Positions 1 through 10,136 are shown, counted from the stretch's first letter. The stretch: DNA of 40,742 nt from Polyangia bacterium (GCA_036263495.1 DATAGU010000185.1:1-40742); one strand, 5' to 3'. A program made the numbers and translations. The notes: a model not told the origin generated them from the sequence alone.

Positions 1-29
1 CGCCTGTCCCTAGCGCCGCTGTGTTGGGG

Positions 30-602
30 TCAGGTCTTCGGGCGGGAGAGGGCGGCGTGGCACAGATCGATGATCTCTTGGAGGCTCGTGATCTGGACCG
101 GGCGATCGACGTAGTCCTTGGTTGTCGTCCTGGCGAGAGAGAGCCCCTGCTCGACATACGGTAGACCGCGTGCCGGGTCGCCCTGGTCAAGGCAGAGCCG
201 CCCGAAGGACCCCAGGAAGTCTATGTTCGAATCGACCTCGACCTCGAACTCAAGCAGCTCGCGCAGCGTCCGTTCGGCGTCATCCACTTGGCCCTTCTCG
301 TGGGCGAAGTGATATCGCCAAAAGGCGACACACCTTCGGAGCTCGCGTTCTCGTGCAGGCGATCCTTCGACCTCGGGGCGATATTTTTCATAGACCTCAT
401 CGAGCGAAGCGAGCAGCCGCTCGTAGGTCCACTTCCGCATATGTTTGGAAACATATGTCAGGTCATCGCACAGGTCGCCGATGACCAGCTCGTTGAAGTC
501 AGCGTCATCGTGGCTTTTCATAGTCCCACCATCGGCAGGTATAACCTCCTGCCTGATCGGGCCAGCGCCCTTCGGTAGTACATGCATGGATACATTGCCC
601 AC
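30..602 (-). CDS. hypothetical protein in a lower-GC segment; true start may be the internal Met at ~521
   Basis: A 190-aa ORF at the window edge. The region ~280–620 is visibly lower in GC (~55%) than the rest (~70%). Composition is protein-like (D/E/L-rich, helical). A GGAGG lies upstream of the internal Met (MKSHDD...) but at long spacing. I recognise no family. Confidence 0.45.
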   Translation of the reverse strand: MGNVSMHVLPKGAGPIRQEVIPADGGTMKSHDDADFNELVIGDLCDDLTYVSKHMRKWTYERLLASLDEVYEKYRPEVEGSPARERELRRCVAFWRYHFAHEKGQVDDAERTLRELLEFEVEVDSNIDFLGSFGRLCLDQGDPARGLPYVEQGLSLARTTTKDYVDRPVQITSLQEIIDLCHAALSRPKT

Positions 603-893
603 AGATTGTCATATTGGGCCCAGCCGAGCCCCGCCTCCCGAGAGGTGTTTCAACGCAACGTGAGTAGTTTTCCGTGCAATCTCCCGGCAGTGGCCGTGGC
701 TTCCAGGTCCCCGCGGCGGCCTCCAACGCGACCACCAGCATCACGCGTAGGTCCATTGTGCGAGAGCGTACCACGGGCTTCTTTCACCCTCTGAGAACCC
801 CAGGTCCGCGGTGGTGTCGAAAGGATGTGCAGCGGGCCCCCCGCGGTTCGGTGGGCGGCTGAAATGGTAGAGTGACCACGTCAGAGACACGCA

Positions 894-2051
894 ATGGCCG
901 AACATCAGGAACAAGACCCGAAAGCACCGCCCTCCGAGGGCGGCTCGTCCGGCGGCTCGCCACCGGGGCCGCCAGTGGATCCCCCGCAGGATCCGGAGCT
1001 CGATCCCGAGCTCGTCCGGCTGCCTCCGCCGCGGCCGCCGCGCAGCCCGATCGTGGCGCTGGCCGTGCTCCTCATCGGTACGGTGCTGCTCGTGCACCTG
1101 CGCACGGACATCCGCTATGCGCTCTCGCCCACGACGCCGATGGAGCTGCCCGAGAAGGTGCCGCCGGGCATGGCGCTGCCGGACAACCGCCTGGTGGCGG
1201 TGCGCGGGATCCCCGACTATCGCTACGCGCTCCTGCTCGATCCCCGCGAAGATCAGTACCGTCGCTCGTTCTTCCGCCTGCTCGGCACGGGGGATCGTCT
1301 GCTCGTGCACGCGGATCAGACGGCGTCGCGCCACGAGCTGAGCGAGCGGTATGTCGGGCGGCTGCGGCGGTTCGATGCGCTGCCCTACGCGGACGAGATC
1401 CGCGACTACTACGCCCGCCAGCAGGTCACCCGCTTCGTCGACGTCGGGGCGCTGCGCGCGTGTCTGCCCAAGCTCCTCGATTGCAGCACGCTGCGCGACG
1501 CCACGGGGGAGCCGCTGCGGCTCGAGCCCGCGCGGCCGCTCCTATGGGTGGTGGACTTCCCCGATGAGCTCACGATCACGCTGTCGCGCGATCGTTTCCT
1601 GGTCGAGGAGGACGCGCGCCACGAGCTCGAGCGCATGGGGCAGCCGCTCCGCGGGCCCGGGCGCGAGACGACGGACGGGTACGTCTACGTCGTCGAGGTG
1701 CCGGCCGAGAAGCGCGACGCGTATCTCACCAAGCTCGAACCCCTGAAGGCGAGCTTCGCCGTGCACCGCGAGCGCCTGACGGTGCCGCTCACGGGCATCA
1801 CCACGCTCGGCGACACGCTGGCGCTCCAGCCCGAGGGGGCGAAGGCCACGACCTACCCCTGGAGCCGCATCGTCTCGGTGCAGGTGGAGGCGCCGGTGCG
1901 CATCCCCGCCGATTCGTGGGTCCTGCTCGAGGGCAAGATGCCGTGGGACTACAAGTGGATGCCGTTCTTGGCCGGCGGGCTCGCGCTGTTCATGCTCTTC
2001 AACCTGTGGCTCATCGTGCGCTGGCTGCTGGCGCGGCGGGCGGCGGCGTAG
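894..2051 (+). CDS. hypothetical membrane protein with a Pro/Gly-rich N-terminus, one N-proximal TM and one C-terminal TM
   Basis: A 385-aa ORF with high GC3. The N-terminus is a low-complexity Pro-rich stretch (PPGPPVDPPQDPELDPEL). Hydrophobic segments are IVALAVLLIGTVLLV and FLAGGLALFMLFNLWLIV. No recognisable catalytic motif. Confidence 0.55.
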   Translation: MAEHQEQDPKAPPSEGGSSGGSPPGPPVDPPQDPELDPELVRLPPPRPPRSPIVALAVLLIGTVLLVHLRTDIRYALSPTTPMELPEKVPPGMALPDNRLVAVRGIPDYRYALLLDPREDQYRRSFFRLLGTGDRLLVHADQTASRHELSERYVGRLRRFDALPYADEIRDYYARQQVTRFVDVGALRACLPKLLDCSTLRDATGEPLRLEPARPLLWVVDFPDELTITLSRDRFLVEEDARHELERMGQPLRGPGRETTDGYVYVVEVPAEKRDAYLTKLEPLKASFAVHRERLTVPLTGITTLGDTLALQPEGAKATTYPWSRIVSVQVEAPVRIPADSWVLLEGKMPWDYKWMPFLAGGLALFMLFNLWLIVRWLLARRAAA

Positions 2052-2066
2052 ACAGCCGTCGCGTCT

Positions 2067-3548
2067 TCAGCGCACGTCGTCGCGGATGGCGTCGAGGAGG
2101 GCGGCGAGGTCGGCGTCGCTCGTGAGCGGGTTGATGAGCGTGGTGCGGAGGTAGACGCCGTCGGCGAGGCGGGTCTGCACGAGGTAGAAGCGCCCCGACT
2201 CGACGAGACGCTGGCGGATACGGGTCTGGAGCGCGTCGCGCTCGGCGGGCGCGAGGCCGACCGGCGCGTAGCGGAAGCACACGATGTTGGCCTCGGGGGA
2301 GGTGGCGAGCTCGAAGCCGGGGGTCTCGGTGATGCGACGGGCGAAGCGGCGCGCGAGGTCGAACGTGGCGTCGATGTGGTCGGCGAAGAGCCGCGTGCCG
2401 TGCACGAGGAGCGACAGGTAGAGCTTGGCCACCATGACGTCCTTGGTGCACTCGAGCGTGCGCACGCCGAGGTTGAACCACTCCTGCGGGCGCTCATGCG
2501 CGGGGGCGAAGAGGTACGAGGCCTCCTGCGCGAAGGTTTGATAGGAGTGCCGCCCCTCGCGGAACAGGACGGCGGTGACGAGCGAGGGGACGAGCATCAT
2601 CTTGTGGGCGTCCCACACGACCGAATCGGCGCGCTCGATGCCTCGCAGGAGCTCGCGGTAGCGCGGCGAGAGGATCGCGCTCGCGCCGTGCGCGCCGTCG
2701 ACGTGGAGCCAGAGGCCGCGCGCGGCGCAGAAGTCGGCCATGGGTTCGAGCGGATCGAAGGCGCCGGTGGCGGTAGAGCAGGCGCTGGCCACCACCGCCA
2801 CCACGCGGCGTCCGGCCCGCTCGGCGGCGGCGAGGGCCGCGGGCAGGGCCTCGGGGCGCAAGCGATACTGCGCATCGACGGGCACGGGCACGGCGCCGCC
2901 CTGGCCCCAGCCCATGATCTGGACCGCGCGCGAGACGCTGTAGTGCGCCTGCTCCGAGACGAGGAGCGCGAGCGGGGGGCCGCCGTGGTCGCCCTGGCTC
3001 CAGATGTCGAAGCCGGCGGCCGCCTGCCGCGCCGCGAGGAGCGCGGTGAGGTTGCCGGCCGAGCCGCCCGAGGTGAAGATCCCGTCGGCGGCGTCGCCGA
3101 GGCCGAGCGTGCGCGCCATCCAGAGGACGAGGCGTCGCTCCATGGCGGCCCCCACCGGGCCCATCTCGTAGATGGCGGTGCCGTTGTTGAGGAGCGACAC
3201 CACGAAGTCGCACAGCGCGGCCGTGGGCAGGGGCGCCGAGACCTGATGTCCGGTGTAGCGCGGGTGGTGCAGGTGGTGTGATTGATCGATGAGACGGCCG
3301 AGCTGCTCGATGAGGGTCTCAGGCGCCGCCGGCTCGGCGGGGAACTCGCCCTGCCAGCGGCCGAGCATCTCGTCCGGCGCGGTCCAGGGCAGCACCGGCA
3401 GCTCGCGCGCCTCGACCCGCGTGAGGTACTCCGTCAGATGATCGATCAAGCGATGGCCGAGGGTGCGGAAGGTCTCGGGGTCGAAGGCGGCGCGCGGAGC
3501 GTCCTGGGGAGGACGTTCGGGGTGGCTGGACATGCCCTGTGATACCAC
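2067..3548 (-). CDS. pyridoxal-phosphate-dependent group II amino-acid decarboxylase (aromatic-L-amino-acid/glutamate/DABA decarboxylase family)
   Basis: 493 aa. Fold-type I PLP decarboxylase hallmarks are present: TSGGSAGNLTALLAAR, HVDGAHGAS and the PLP-lysine motif DAHKMMLVP. The first codon of the ORF is GTG; an ATG at ~3533 (MSSHPE) is an alternative start. Confidence 0.85.
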   Translation of the reverse strand: MVSQGMSSHPERPPQDAPRAAFDPETFRTLGHRLIDHLTEYLTRVEARELPVLPWTAPDEMLGRWQGEFPAEPAAPETLIEQLGRLIDQSHHLHHPRYTGHQVSAPLPTAALCDFVVSLLNNGTAIYEMGPVGAAMERRLVLWMARTLGLGDAADGIFTSGGSAGNLTALLAARQAAAGFDIWSQGDHGGPPLALLVSEQAHYSVSRAVQIMGWGQGGAVPVPVDAQYRLRPEALPAALAAAERAGRRVVAVVASACSTATGAFDPLEPMADFCAARGLWLHVDGAHGASAILSPRYRELLRGIERADSVVWDAHKMMLVPSLVTAVLFREGRHSYQTFAQEASYLFAPAHERPQEWFNLGVRTLECTKDVMVAKLYLSLLVHGTRLFADHIDATFDLARRFARRITETPGFELATSPEANIVCFRYAPVGLAPAERDALQTRIRQRLVESGRFYLVQTRLADGVYLRTTLINPLTSDADLAALLDAIRDDVR

Positions 3549-3630
3549 GAGGCATCGAGCTCGCTGGGGGCTTGCGGCGGTGGAGCGTGTGAAGGGAGGA
3601 GGGAGAGGCGGAAGGCCGCGGGTCTACGGC

Positions 3631-5046
3631 CTACGGGAAGATGCCGAGGTCGAGGTAGGACTGCGCGACCTTGTTGATCGCATTGATCAGCGAGGCCGTG
3701 CGTAGATCCACGCGCGGGCCCTTCTGCTTCTGGATCTCGCGGGTGGCGTGATAGGCCATGATCATCGTGTCCTCGAGGCCCGAGTTGACGAGGTCCTCCT
3801 CGTCGGCGCCGTGGGCCAGTGCCTTGATCTCCTGCTCGGAGAGCTTGGCCCCGGTGGAGCGCTGCATCGCCTGCAAGAGGCCCTCGTAGGTGCGTTGCTC
3901 GAAGCGCTTGCCCATGCGGCCGAAGCGCACGTGGTTGATGTTCTTCAGCCACTCGAAGTAGGACACGGTCACGCCGCCGGCATTCAGATAGATGTCGGGG
4001 ATGATGAGGATGTTGCGCTCGGTCAGGATCTCCGAGGCGCGGCTCGAGGTCGGTCCGTTGGCCGCCTCGGCGATGATCTTGGCCTTGATGCGCGCGGCGT
4101 TGTCGACGGTGATCTGGTTCTCGAGCGCGGCGGGCACGAGGACGTCGCAGTCGAGCTCGAGCGCCTGCGCCGGGTTCTCGAGGTTGGTGGCGCCGGGGAA
4201 GTTGAGGATCGACTTGGTCTCCTGGCGGAAGCGGATCACCTCGTGGATGTCGAGGCCCGAGGGCTTGTAGATGGCGCCTTCGACCTCGGCGAGACCGACC
4301 AGGATGGCCCCGCCCTCCTGGAGGTAGAGGGCGGTGTGGTAGCCGACGTTGCCGAGGCCCTGCACGACCACGCGCTTGCCCTTGAGGCCGGCCGAGAGGC
4401 CGAGCGAGCGCATGTCCTCGGGGAGCTCGCAGGCTTCGCGGATGCCGAAGAACACGCCGCGGCCGGTCGCCTCCTTGCGTCCGCGCACGCCGCCCTGTCC
4501 GACGGGCTTGCCGGTGACGCAGGCGAGGGCGTCGAGCTTGTCGGGCGCCATGGCCTGATAGGTGTCGGCGATCCAGGACATCTCGGCCGGGCCGGTGCCG
4601 TAGTCCGGGGCGGGGACGTCGATGCCGGGGCCGATGAAGTTCTTCTTGAGGAGCTCGGCGGCGTAGCGCCGGGTGATGCGCTCGAGCTCCGAGCGCGAGT
4701 AGTTCGAGACGTTGATCTTGATGCCGCCCTTGGCGCCGCCGAAGGGCACGTCGACGATGGCGCACTTGTAGGTCATGAGCGCGGCCAGCGCCATCACCTC
4801 GTCTTCGTTGACCGAGAGGCTGTAGCGGATGCCGCCCTTGGTCGGGAGCTTGTGGTGGCTGTGCTCGGCACGCCAGGCGTGAATGACCTCGATCGAGCCA
4901 TCGTCACGCCGGATGGGGAACGCGATCCGATAGACGTGATTGCAGACCTTGATCTGATCCAGGATGCCGCGGGGGAATTGAGTGTGTGCAGCTGCTTTTT
5001 CGAAATTGTGGGAAACTTGTTCCCAGAAACTGATGTGTGTCGTCAT
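3631..5046 (-). CDS. gdhA: glutamate dehydrogenase (Glu/Leu/Phe/Val dehydrogenase family)
   Basis: 471 aa. Carries the GDH signature KGGIRYS...VDVPFGGAKGGI and the Rossmann NAD(P) motif VVVQGLGNVGYH. Lies 82 bp upstream (on the minus strand) of the decarboxylase gene. Confidence 0.88.
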   Translation of the reverse strand: MTTHISFWEQVSHNFEKAAAHTQFPRGILDQIKVCNHVYRIAFPIRRDDGSIEVIHAWRAEHSHHKLPTKGGIRYSLSVNEDEVMALAALMTYKCAIVDVPFGGAKGGIKINVSNYSRSELERITRRYAAELLKKNFIGPGIDVPAPDYGTGPAEMSWIADTYQAMAPDKLDALACVTGKPVGQGGVRGRKEATGRGVFFGIREACELPEDMRSLGLSAGLKGKRVVVQGLGNVGYHTALYLQEGGAILVGLAEVEGAIYKPSGLDIHEVIRFRQETKSILNFPGATNLENPAQALELDCDVLVPAALENQITVDNAARIKAKIIAEAANGPTSSRASEILTERNILIIPDIYLNAGGVTVSYFEWLKNINHVRFGRMGKRFEQRTYEGLLQAMQRSTGAKLSEQEIKALAHGADEEDLVNSGLEDTMIMAYHATREIQKQKGPRVDLRTASLINAINKVAQSYLDLGIFP

Positions 5047-5299
5047 GGGCGCATCTTAACCGCTCTTCCGCCGGGAAGTAAACGGAACAGAGGAAGGATT
5101 TTCGGCAGTTGCTCCTCGGTCGGCCGTCCCGCGGGCCGCGTCGGGATGTGAATGCAAGAGACACCGTGGGTGCGCGGGCGTTAGTGCACTGCGTCAATAG
5201 TTCAGAGCACTGATCTACTGATCTATTGTGGAGAAGGAGAGCGACTGCGGTTGCTGTCTGCAGGTGTGCGGCGGATGCGCGGCGGCGGACGTCGTGCGG

Positions 5300-6553
5300 T
5301 CAGTACACGCCGGGCAGGATGCGCCAGCGCACCCGGCGGCAATACTCGTCCCAGTCGGCGCCATAGTGCTCGGCGCAGCGCCGGTGGTCGCGGCGCTCGC
5401 GGTCGACCAGGAGCACAATGAAGTAGGTGATGTAGAAGTAGGGCAGCGGGTGTGAGAAGCCGCAGGGCAGGCACCAGGCGAGCCCCATCATGAGGTCGCC
5501 GAGATAGTTGATGTGCCGACCGACGCCCCACCACCCCGAGACGAGCAGGCGCGTGCCCCGCGCTGTCTGGAGGAACTCGGGCTTCTTGCCCCAGATGGGC
5601 CGGTCGGGATCGGTGCGGAACCGGTGCTTCTGCAGGTTCGAGCTGCGGAAGACGTAGTAGCCGGCGAGGTTGAGGGCGACGATGCCGGCCACGGCCGGAG
5701 CGGGGAGATCATGGGCGTGGTGCAGGAGGTAGTACGCCTGGAGCGAGTACATCGCCGGCACCCACAGGAGGTCGCCCCAGCACAGCATCCAGCCGAAGTT
5801 CTCGTGCTTGATGTCCCAGGTGGTGAGGATCGCCTCCTCATGAAAGAAGTAGTCGGCCACGTAGAGGATGTGGAAGACGTTGACCAGGATCATGGGCACG
5901 GTCACCTGGCCGTGGAGCTCGTACTGCTTGGCCGCGAGCGACAGGTTCACCGCCACCCAGCCGACCAGGCCGGGGCGGCTCTCGCAGAAGAACTTGAAGT
6001 CGAAGTCGCCGCTGCGGGGGTTGAGTGAGGCGCCGATGCAGAAGTCGGTGAGCGGGTCACCGGTCACGCGCTCGGCCCTCGGTGAGCTGCGTCCCCGGAA
6101 GTAGAGGAACACGCTGAGGATGAAGACGAACAGGTTGACGGTGGTGACGAGGGAGCCGAAGTGGTCGTGGATGAGCGTGGGCTTGAGCCATCCGGAGAGG
6201 ACGAGGCCGCCCAGGCACAGCCAGGTGATCCAGAAGCTCAGCCAGCCGTTCATCTTGTAGCGAAGGCGCGTGCCGTCGGCGAGCTGGGTGCCCTCGACCC
6301 AGCGGCCGGGGACGAGGAGCTGGAGCAGCACCTGGAAGCCGAACCAGGCGAGATAGATGAGGATGGATGTGGTGGTCGGTCCCGGGATGCGCGCCATCCA
6401 CTGGCCGAGCTCGGTGAGCGAGCGCGGCGCGATGAGCGCGCCCTGGTTCTGATCGACGCACAGCCAGGCGTAATAGACGAGCGACGGCAGCCCCACCAGC
6501 ATGGCGAGGGCGCCGAGGCGTTTGGGTCGAGGGGTCGCGTGGGTGGAGGTCAT
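5300..6553 (-). CDS. sterol reductase, ERG4/ERG24/DHCR7 (lamin-B-receptor-type) family
   Basis: A polytopic membrane protein carrying the C-terminal signature of the family: GWWGVGRHINYLGDLMMGLAWCLPCGF and LLVDRERRDHRRCAEHYGADWDEYCRRVRWRILPGVY. The track ORF begins with GTG at 6577. I prefer the ATG at 6551–6553 (MTSTH...), which has a GAGGA 10 nt upstream. Confidence 0.85.
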   Translation of the reverse strand: MTSTHATPRPKRLGALAMLVGLPSLVYYAWLCVDQNQGALIAPRSLTELGQWMARIPGPTTTSILIYLAWFGFQVLLQLLVPGRWVEGTQLADGTRLRYKMNGWLSFWITWLCLGGLVLSGWLKPTLIHDHFGSLVTTVNLFVFILSVFLYFRGRSSPRAERVTGDPLTDFCIGASLNPRSGDFDFKFFCESRPGLVGWVAVNLSLAAKQYELHGQVTVPMILVNVFHILYVADYFFHEEAILTTWDIKHENFGWMLCWGDLLWVPAMYSLQAYYLLHHAHDLPAPAVAGIVALNLAGYYVFRSSNLQKHRFRTDPDRPIWGKKPEFLQTARGTRLLVSGWWGVGRHINYLGDLMMGLAWCLPCGFSHPLPYFYITYFIVLLVDRERRDHRRCAEHYGADWDEYCRRVRWRILPGVY

Positions 6554-6821
6554 GGGTCGTTCATCCTCGCGGCGCACCTTCGCATGGTTGCCGGGTCGAA
6601 ATCCATCCCCTGGCCCTTCGGGTTTCTGAGGCGCGGGCCATTCACTGTCCTGCGGTCGTCTCGTGTCCGCGATCGGTGACTGAACGATTGCTGCAGCAGC
6701 GCTAGAAAGTTCTGCTGATTTCGTCTTTTACCGACCGGATGCTTCATCGGCCATCGCGTTTTCCCCTCCCAGGGGCCCCGGGAGGGCTCTGCCAAAACGT
6801 CAATCCGCTATTTGTTGAGGG

Positions 6822-7115
6822 GTGTTCTTCATGGAGAGCGTAGCGGAGCCCGGAGCCAATACTGTCGAGGCGGCCCGGTCGGGCCTCGCCATGGATTCCG
6901 TTCACCGAGAACTCGTCACTCGCATCCGCGAGATGGTGCGCCGCAAACACTGGTCGGCCAATCAACTGGCCGACTTCAGCGGCGTGGGGCGGGGCTATCT
7001 CTCCGACATCTTGTCAGGGAAAAAGTCCCCTACAGTGCGTACGCTCGTAAAGATCGCCGAGGCCCTGGAGGTCGACGTCAGAGATCTCTTCGGCGCGGGG
7101 CCGCGCACGCGCTAG
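6822..7115 (+). CDS. XRE-family helix-turn-helix transcriptional regulator (Cro/C1-type)
   Basis: 97 aa. HTH motif NQLADFSGVGRGYLSDILSGKKSPTVRTLVKIAEAL. Divergently oriented from the sterol reductase gene across a 268-bp intergenic region. Confidence 0.75.
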   Translation: MFFMESVAEPGANTVEAARSGLAMDSVHRELVTRIREMVRRKHWSANQLADFSGVGRGYLSDILSGKKSPTVRTLVKIAEALEVDVRDLFGAGPRTR

Positions 7116-7196
7116 ACGCTTCTACATATAGATAGAGGAAGGAGGGGGAGTTCGTGGGGGCGAACGAATGGGGGGTACTGCTCGTCCGTCAGGTGA

Positions 7197-8324
7197 TCAG
7201 GCGCGGCGGGAGCGGGCGAACTCGTCCATCATGCCGACCAGCGCCTCCACCCATTCGAGGGTCACCGCGTTGTAGAGCGAGACGCGGATGCCACCCACCG
7301 AGCGGTGGCCCTTGAGGCCGGCCATGTTGGCCTTCTTGGCCGCGGCGAGGAACGCCTCTTCGAGCTCGGCGCTCGGCAGGCGGAACACCACGTTCATCAC
7401 CGAACGGCTCTGCGGCTCGACGGGGCAGCTGTAGAGGTCGGGGTAGCGGTCGATGGCGCCGTAGAGGAGCGCCGCCTTCTTGCGGTTCCATGCTTCGATC
7501 TGCGCGAGGCCGCCCGACGCCTTGATCCAGGCGAGCACGTTGCGGACGAGGTAGATGCCGAAGGTGGGAGGCGTGTGATAGAGCGAGTTGTTCTCGGCGT
7601 GGACGCGGTACTGGAAGATCTTGGGGATGTCGGTGCGCCCCGTGGCGAGGAAGTCCTTGCGCGCGAGCACCACCGCGAGCCCGCTCGGCCCGACGTTCTT
7701 CTGCGCCCCGGCATAGATGAAGGCGAAGCGCGAGACGTCGAAGGGCCGCCAGATGAAGTCGCTCGACATGTCGCACACGAGCGGCACGCCGGCTCCGGCG
7801 AAGGTGGAGGCGAAGTCGAAGAACTCCACGCCGTGGATGGTCTCGTTGCTGGTGAAGTGGAGATAGGCGGCGCCGGCATCGACCGATAGCTCGCCGGGCG
7901 TCGGCACGCGCGTATACTGCTTCTCCTTGCCCTCGCCGACGCCGGTCGAGCCCGCCAGGCGCACGCGCCCGCCCACCATTTGCGCCACCACCTTGGCCTC
8001 GCTGTGGGCCTTCTCGCCCCAGGCACCGGTGAGGACGTAATCGGCGGAGCGGTCCTTGGCGAGGAAGTTGAGCGGCACCTGGGCGAACTGCTGCGAGGCG
8101 CCGCCCTGCAGAAAGAGCACTTCATAGGTGTCGGGCACGGCGAGGAGCTCGCGCAGGAGCGAGATCGCCTCGTTGTGCACCGCCTCGTACTGCTTGCCGC
8201 GGTGGCTGTGTTCCATGACCGACATGCCGCTGCCCTCGAAGTCGAGGAGCTCGCGCTGGGCGCGTTCGAGCGCGGGGAGCGGCAGGGCGGCGGGACCGGC
8301 ATTGAAATTGAGGGTGCGTTTCAC
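7197..8324 (-). CDS. serC: phosphoserine aminotransferase
   Basis: 375 aa. SerC motifs are present: [22 protein letters not shown], and [19 protein letters not shown] (PLP lysine). GTG start with an AGAGGAGGAG RBS 7 nt upstream. Confidence 0.9.
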   Translation of the reverse strand: MKRTLNFNAGPAALPLPALERAQRELLDFEGSGMSVMEHSHRGKQYEAVHNEAISLLRELLAVPDTYEVLFLQGGASQQFAQVPLNFLAKDRSADYVLTGAWGEKAHSEAKVVAQMVGGRVRLAGSTGVGEGKEKQYTRVPTPGELSVDAGAAYLHFTSNETIHGVEFFDFASTFAGAGVPLVCDMSSDFIWRPFDVSRFAFIYAGAQKNVGPSGLAVVLARKDFLATGRTDIPKIFQYRVHAENNSLYHTPPTFGIYLVRNVLAWIKASGGLAQIEAWNRKKAALLYGAIDRYPDLYSCPVEPQSRSVMNVVFRLPSAELEEAFLAAAKKANMAGLKGHRSVGGIRVSLYNAVTLEWVEALVGMMDEFARSRRA

Positions 8325-8525
8325 GGCGTGCCTCCTCCTCTAACAATGGCCCTGGCGATAAGCGATCGGCCGGGCGATGTCAACGGAGAGGCTGTACTTC
8401 CGTTCGGTGCTCTGGACCCCTGACTCCGCGCTTCGGTATTGCGCCCGCGCATGGACCGGCTACATTGCGCGCCCCGGAGCCCTCCTACGTGCTCCAGGTA
8501 CGACCTACACGATGAGAGGAGCCAC

Positions 8526-10136
8526 ATGACCTCGCCCCGCTTTCGCGTGCTCATCGCCGATGAACTCTCGCCCCGCGCCACCGAGATCCTGAAGTCTCAT
8601 CCGGACATCGACGTCCGCACGGCCACGGGGCTCGCCCCCGCGGCGCTCATTCGTGCGCTCTCCGAGGATGGAGGCGTGCACGCGCTGGCCGTCCGCTCGG
8701 CCACCAAGGTGACGGCCGAGGTGATCGAGGGCGCGCCCGCGCTGCGGGTGGTCGGCCGGGCCGGCATTGGTGTCGACAACATCGACGTCAAGGCGGCCTC
8801 GCGGCGGGGCATCGTCGTCATGAACACGCCCTCGGGCAACGCCGTGACCACGGCCGAGCACGCCATCTGCTTGATGGCGGCGCTGGTGCGTCACATCCCC
8901 CAGGCCACGGCCTCGATGAAGGCGGGCAAGTGGGAGAAGAAGAAGTTCCAGGGCAACGAGCTGTGCGACAAGACGCTCGGCCTCCTCGGGCTCGGCAACA
9001 TCGGCCGCATCGTGGCCGACCGGGCGCAGGGGCTGAAGATGAAGGTGATCGCGCACGATCCGGTGCTGACCGCAGAGGCCGCTGCGCGCCTCGGCGTGCG
9101 TCTCCTGCCCTTCGAGGAGGTGCTGCGGCAGGCGGACGTCATCTCGGTGCACACGCCGCTCTTGCCGGAGACGAGGAACCTCATCGACGCGGCGGCGTTC
9201 GCCAAGATGAAGCGCGGGGTCTTCCTCATCAACGCCGCGCGCGGCGGCATCGTCGACGAGATGGCGCTCGTCGAGGCGCTGCGCTCGGGCCAGGTGGCCG
9301 GGGCGGCGCTCGACGTGTTCAGCGAGGAGCCGCCGCCCAAGGATCACCCGCTCCTGCAGATGGAGCAGGTGATTGTCACCCCGCACCTCGGGGCCTCGAC
9401 GGATGAGGCGCAGGAGAAGGTGGCGGTGGAGCTGGCCGAGCAGCTCGTGGCGATCCTCGTCCGCGGCGAGGTGAAGAACGCGGTGAACCTGCCGCCGCTG
9501 CCGGTGGAGCTGCAGGCACGGTTGCAGCCGTACCTCGAGCTGGCGGCGCGCCTCGGTAGCGCGGCCGCACAGCTGTGTAGTGGCATCGACTCGGTCAACG
9601 TGGAACTCGTGGGCGAGGTGGCCGACGCCGGCAGCTCGCTGCTGGCGTCCACGGCTGTGGCGGGGATCCTGCGGCCGCACCTCGACACGCCGGTCACGGC
9701 GGTCAACGCCATGCTCCTGGCCGAGGAGCGGGGCATCCGCGTGAGTGAGACCAAGCAGTCGCGCGGTGGCGACTTCACGTCGTCGATCGCGCTGCGGCTC
9801 GATGGCCGCTGCGGCGTGCGGGTGCTCAAGGGCACGGTGTTCCGCACCGATGGCGGGCTCGAACCGCGTCTCGTGCAGATCGACAACTTCCTGCTCGAGG
9901 CCATCCCGGAGGGCCGCATCCTGGTCATCCGCAACGATGATCGTCCGGGAGTCATCGGCGCGGTGGGCACGATCCTCGGGCGGCGCGGGCTCAACGTGAG
10001 CCGTATGCAGGTGGGGCTCGATCGCCAGACCGGGGAGGCGCTGCAGCTGTGGAACATCGATGGGGACGTGGCCGCGGCGCTCGACGAGATCCGTACCCAG
10101 GCGCACGTGCGCTCGGCGCTGGTGGTGACGCTGTGA
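8526..10136 (+). CDS. serA: D-3-phosphoglycerate dehydrogenase with C-terminal ACT domain
   Basis: ATG at 8526 preceded by a GAGAGGAG RBS; the longer track ORF from 8439 is an N-terminal artefact. Contains the 2-hydroxyacid dehydrogenase NAD motif GLLGLGNIGRIVA and a C-terminal ACT domain (ILVIRNDDRPGVIGAVGTILG). Divergent from serC. Confidence 0.9.
   Translation: MTSPRFRVLIADELSPRATEILKSHPDIDVRTATGLAPAALIRALSEDGGVHALAVRSATKVTAEVIEGAPALRVVGRAGIGVDNIDVKAASRRGIVVMNTPSGNAVTTAEHAICLMAALVRHIPQATASMKAGKWEKKKFQGNELCDKTLGLLGLGNIGRIVADRAQGLKMKVIAHDPVLTAEAAARLGVRLLPFEEVLRQADVISVHTPLLPETRNLIDAAAFAKMKRGVFLINAARGGIVDEMALVEALRSGQVAGAALDVFSEEPPPKDHPLLQMEQVIVTPHLGASTDEAQEKVAVELAEQLVAILVRGEVKNAVNLPPLPVELQARLQPYLELAARLGSAAAQLCSGIDSVNVELVGEVADAGSSLLASTAVAGILRPHLDTPVTAVNAMLLAEERGIRVSETKQSRGGDFTSSIALRLDGRCGVRVLKGTVFRTDGGLEPRLVQIDNFLLEAIPEGRILVIRNDDRPGVIGAVGTILGRRGLNVSRMQVGLDRQTGEALQLWNIDGDVAAALDEIRTQAHVRSALVVTL

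Noticed and set aside
3446-5151. 439-aa (-) and 467-aa (+) ORFs overlapping gdhA
   Set aside because: Shadow frames with R/G/P/H-rich nonsense. gdhA in the 3631..5046(-) frame is unambiguous.
8439-8525. 87-nt 5' extension of serA in the track ORF
   Set aside because: The extension is Arg/Pro/Cys-rich, and an ATG with a strong GAGAGGAG RBS occurs at 8526 at the conserved SerA N-terminus.
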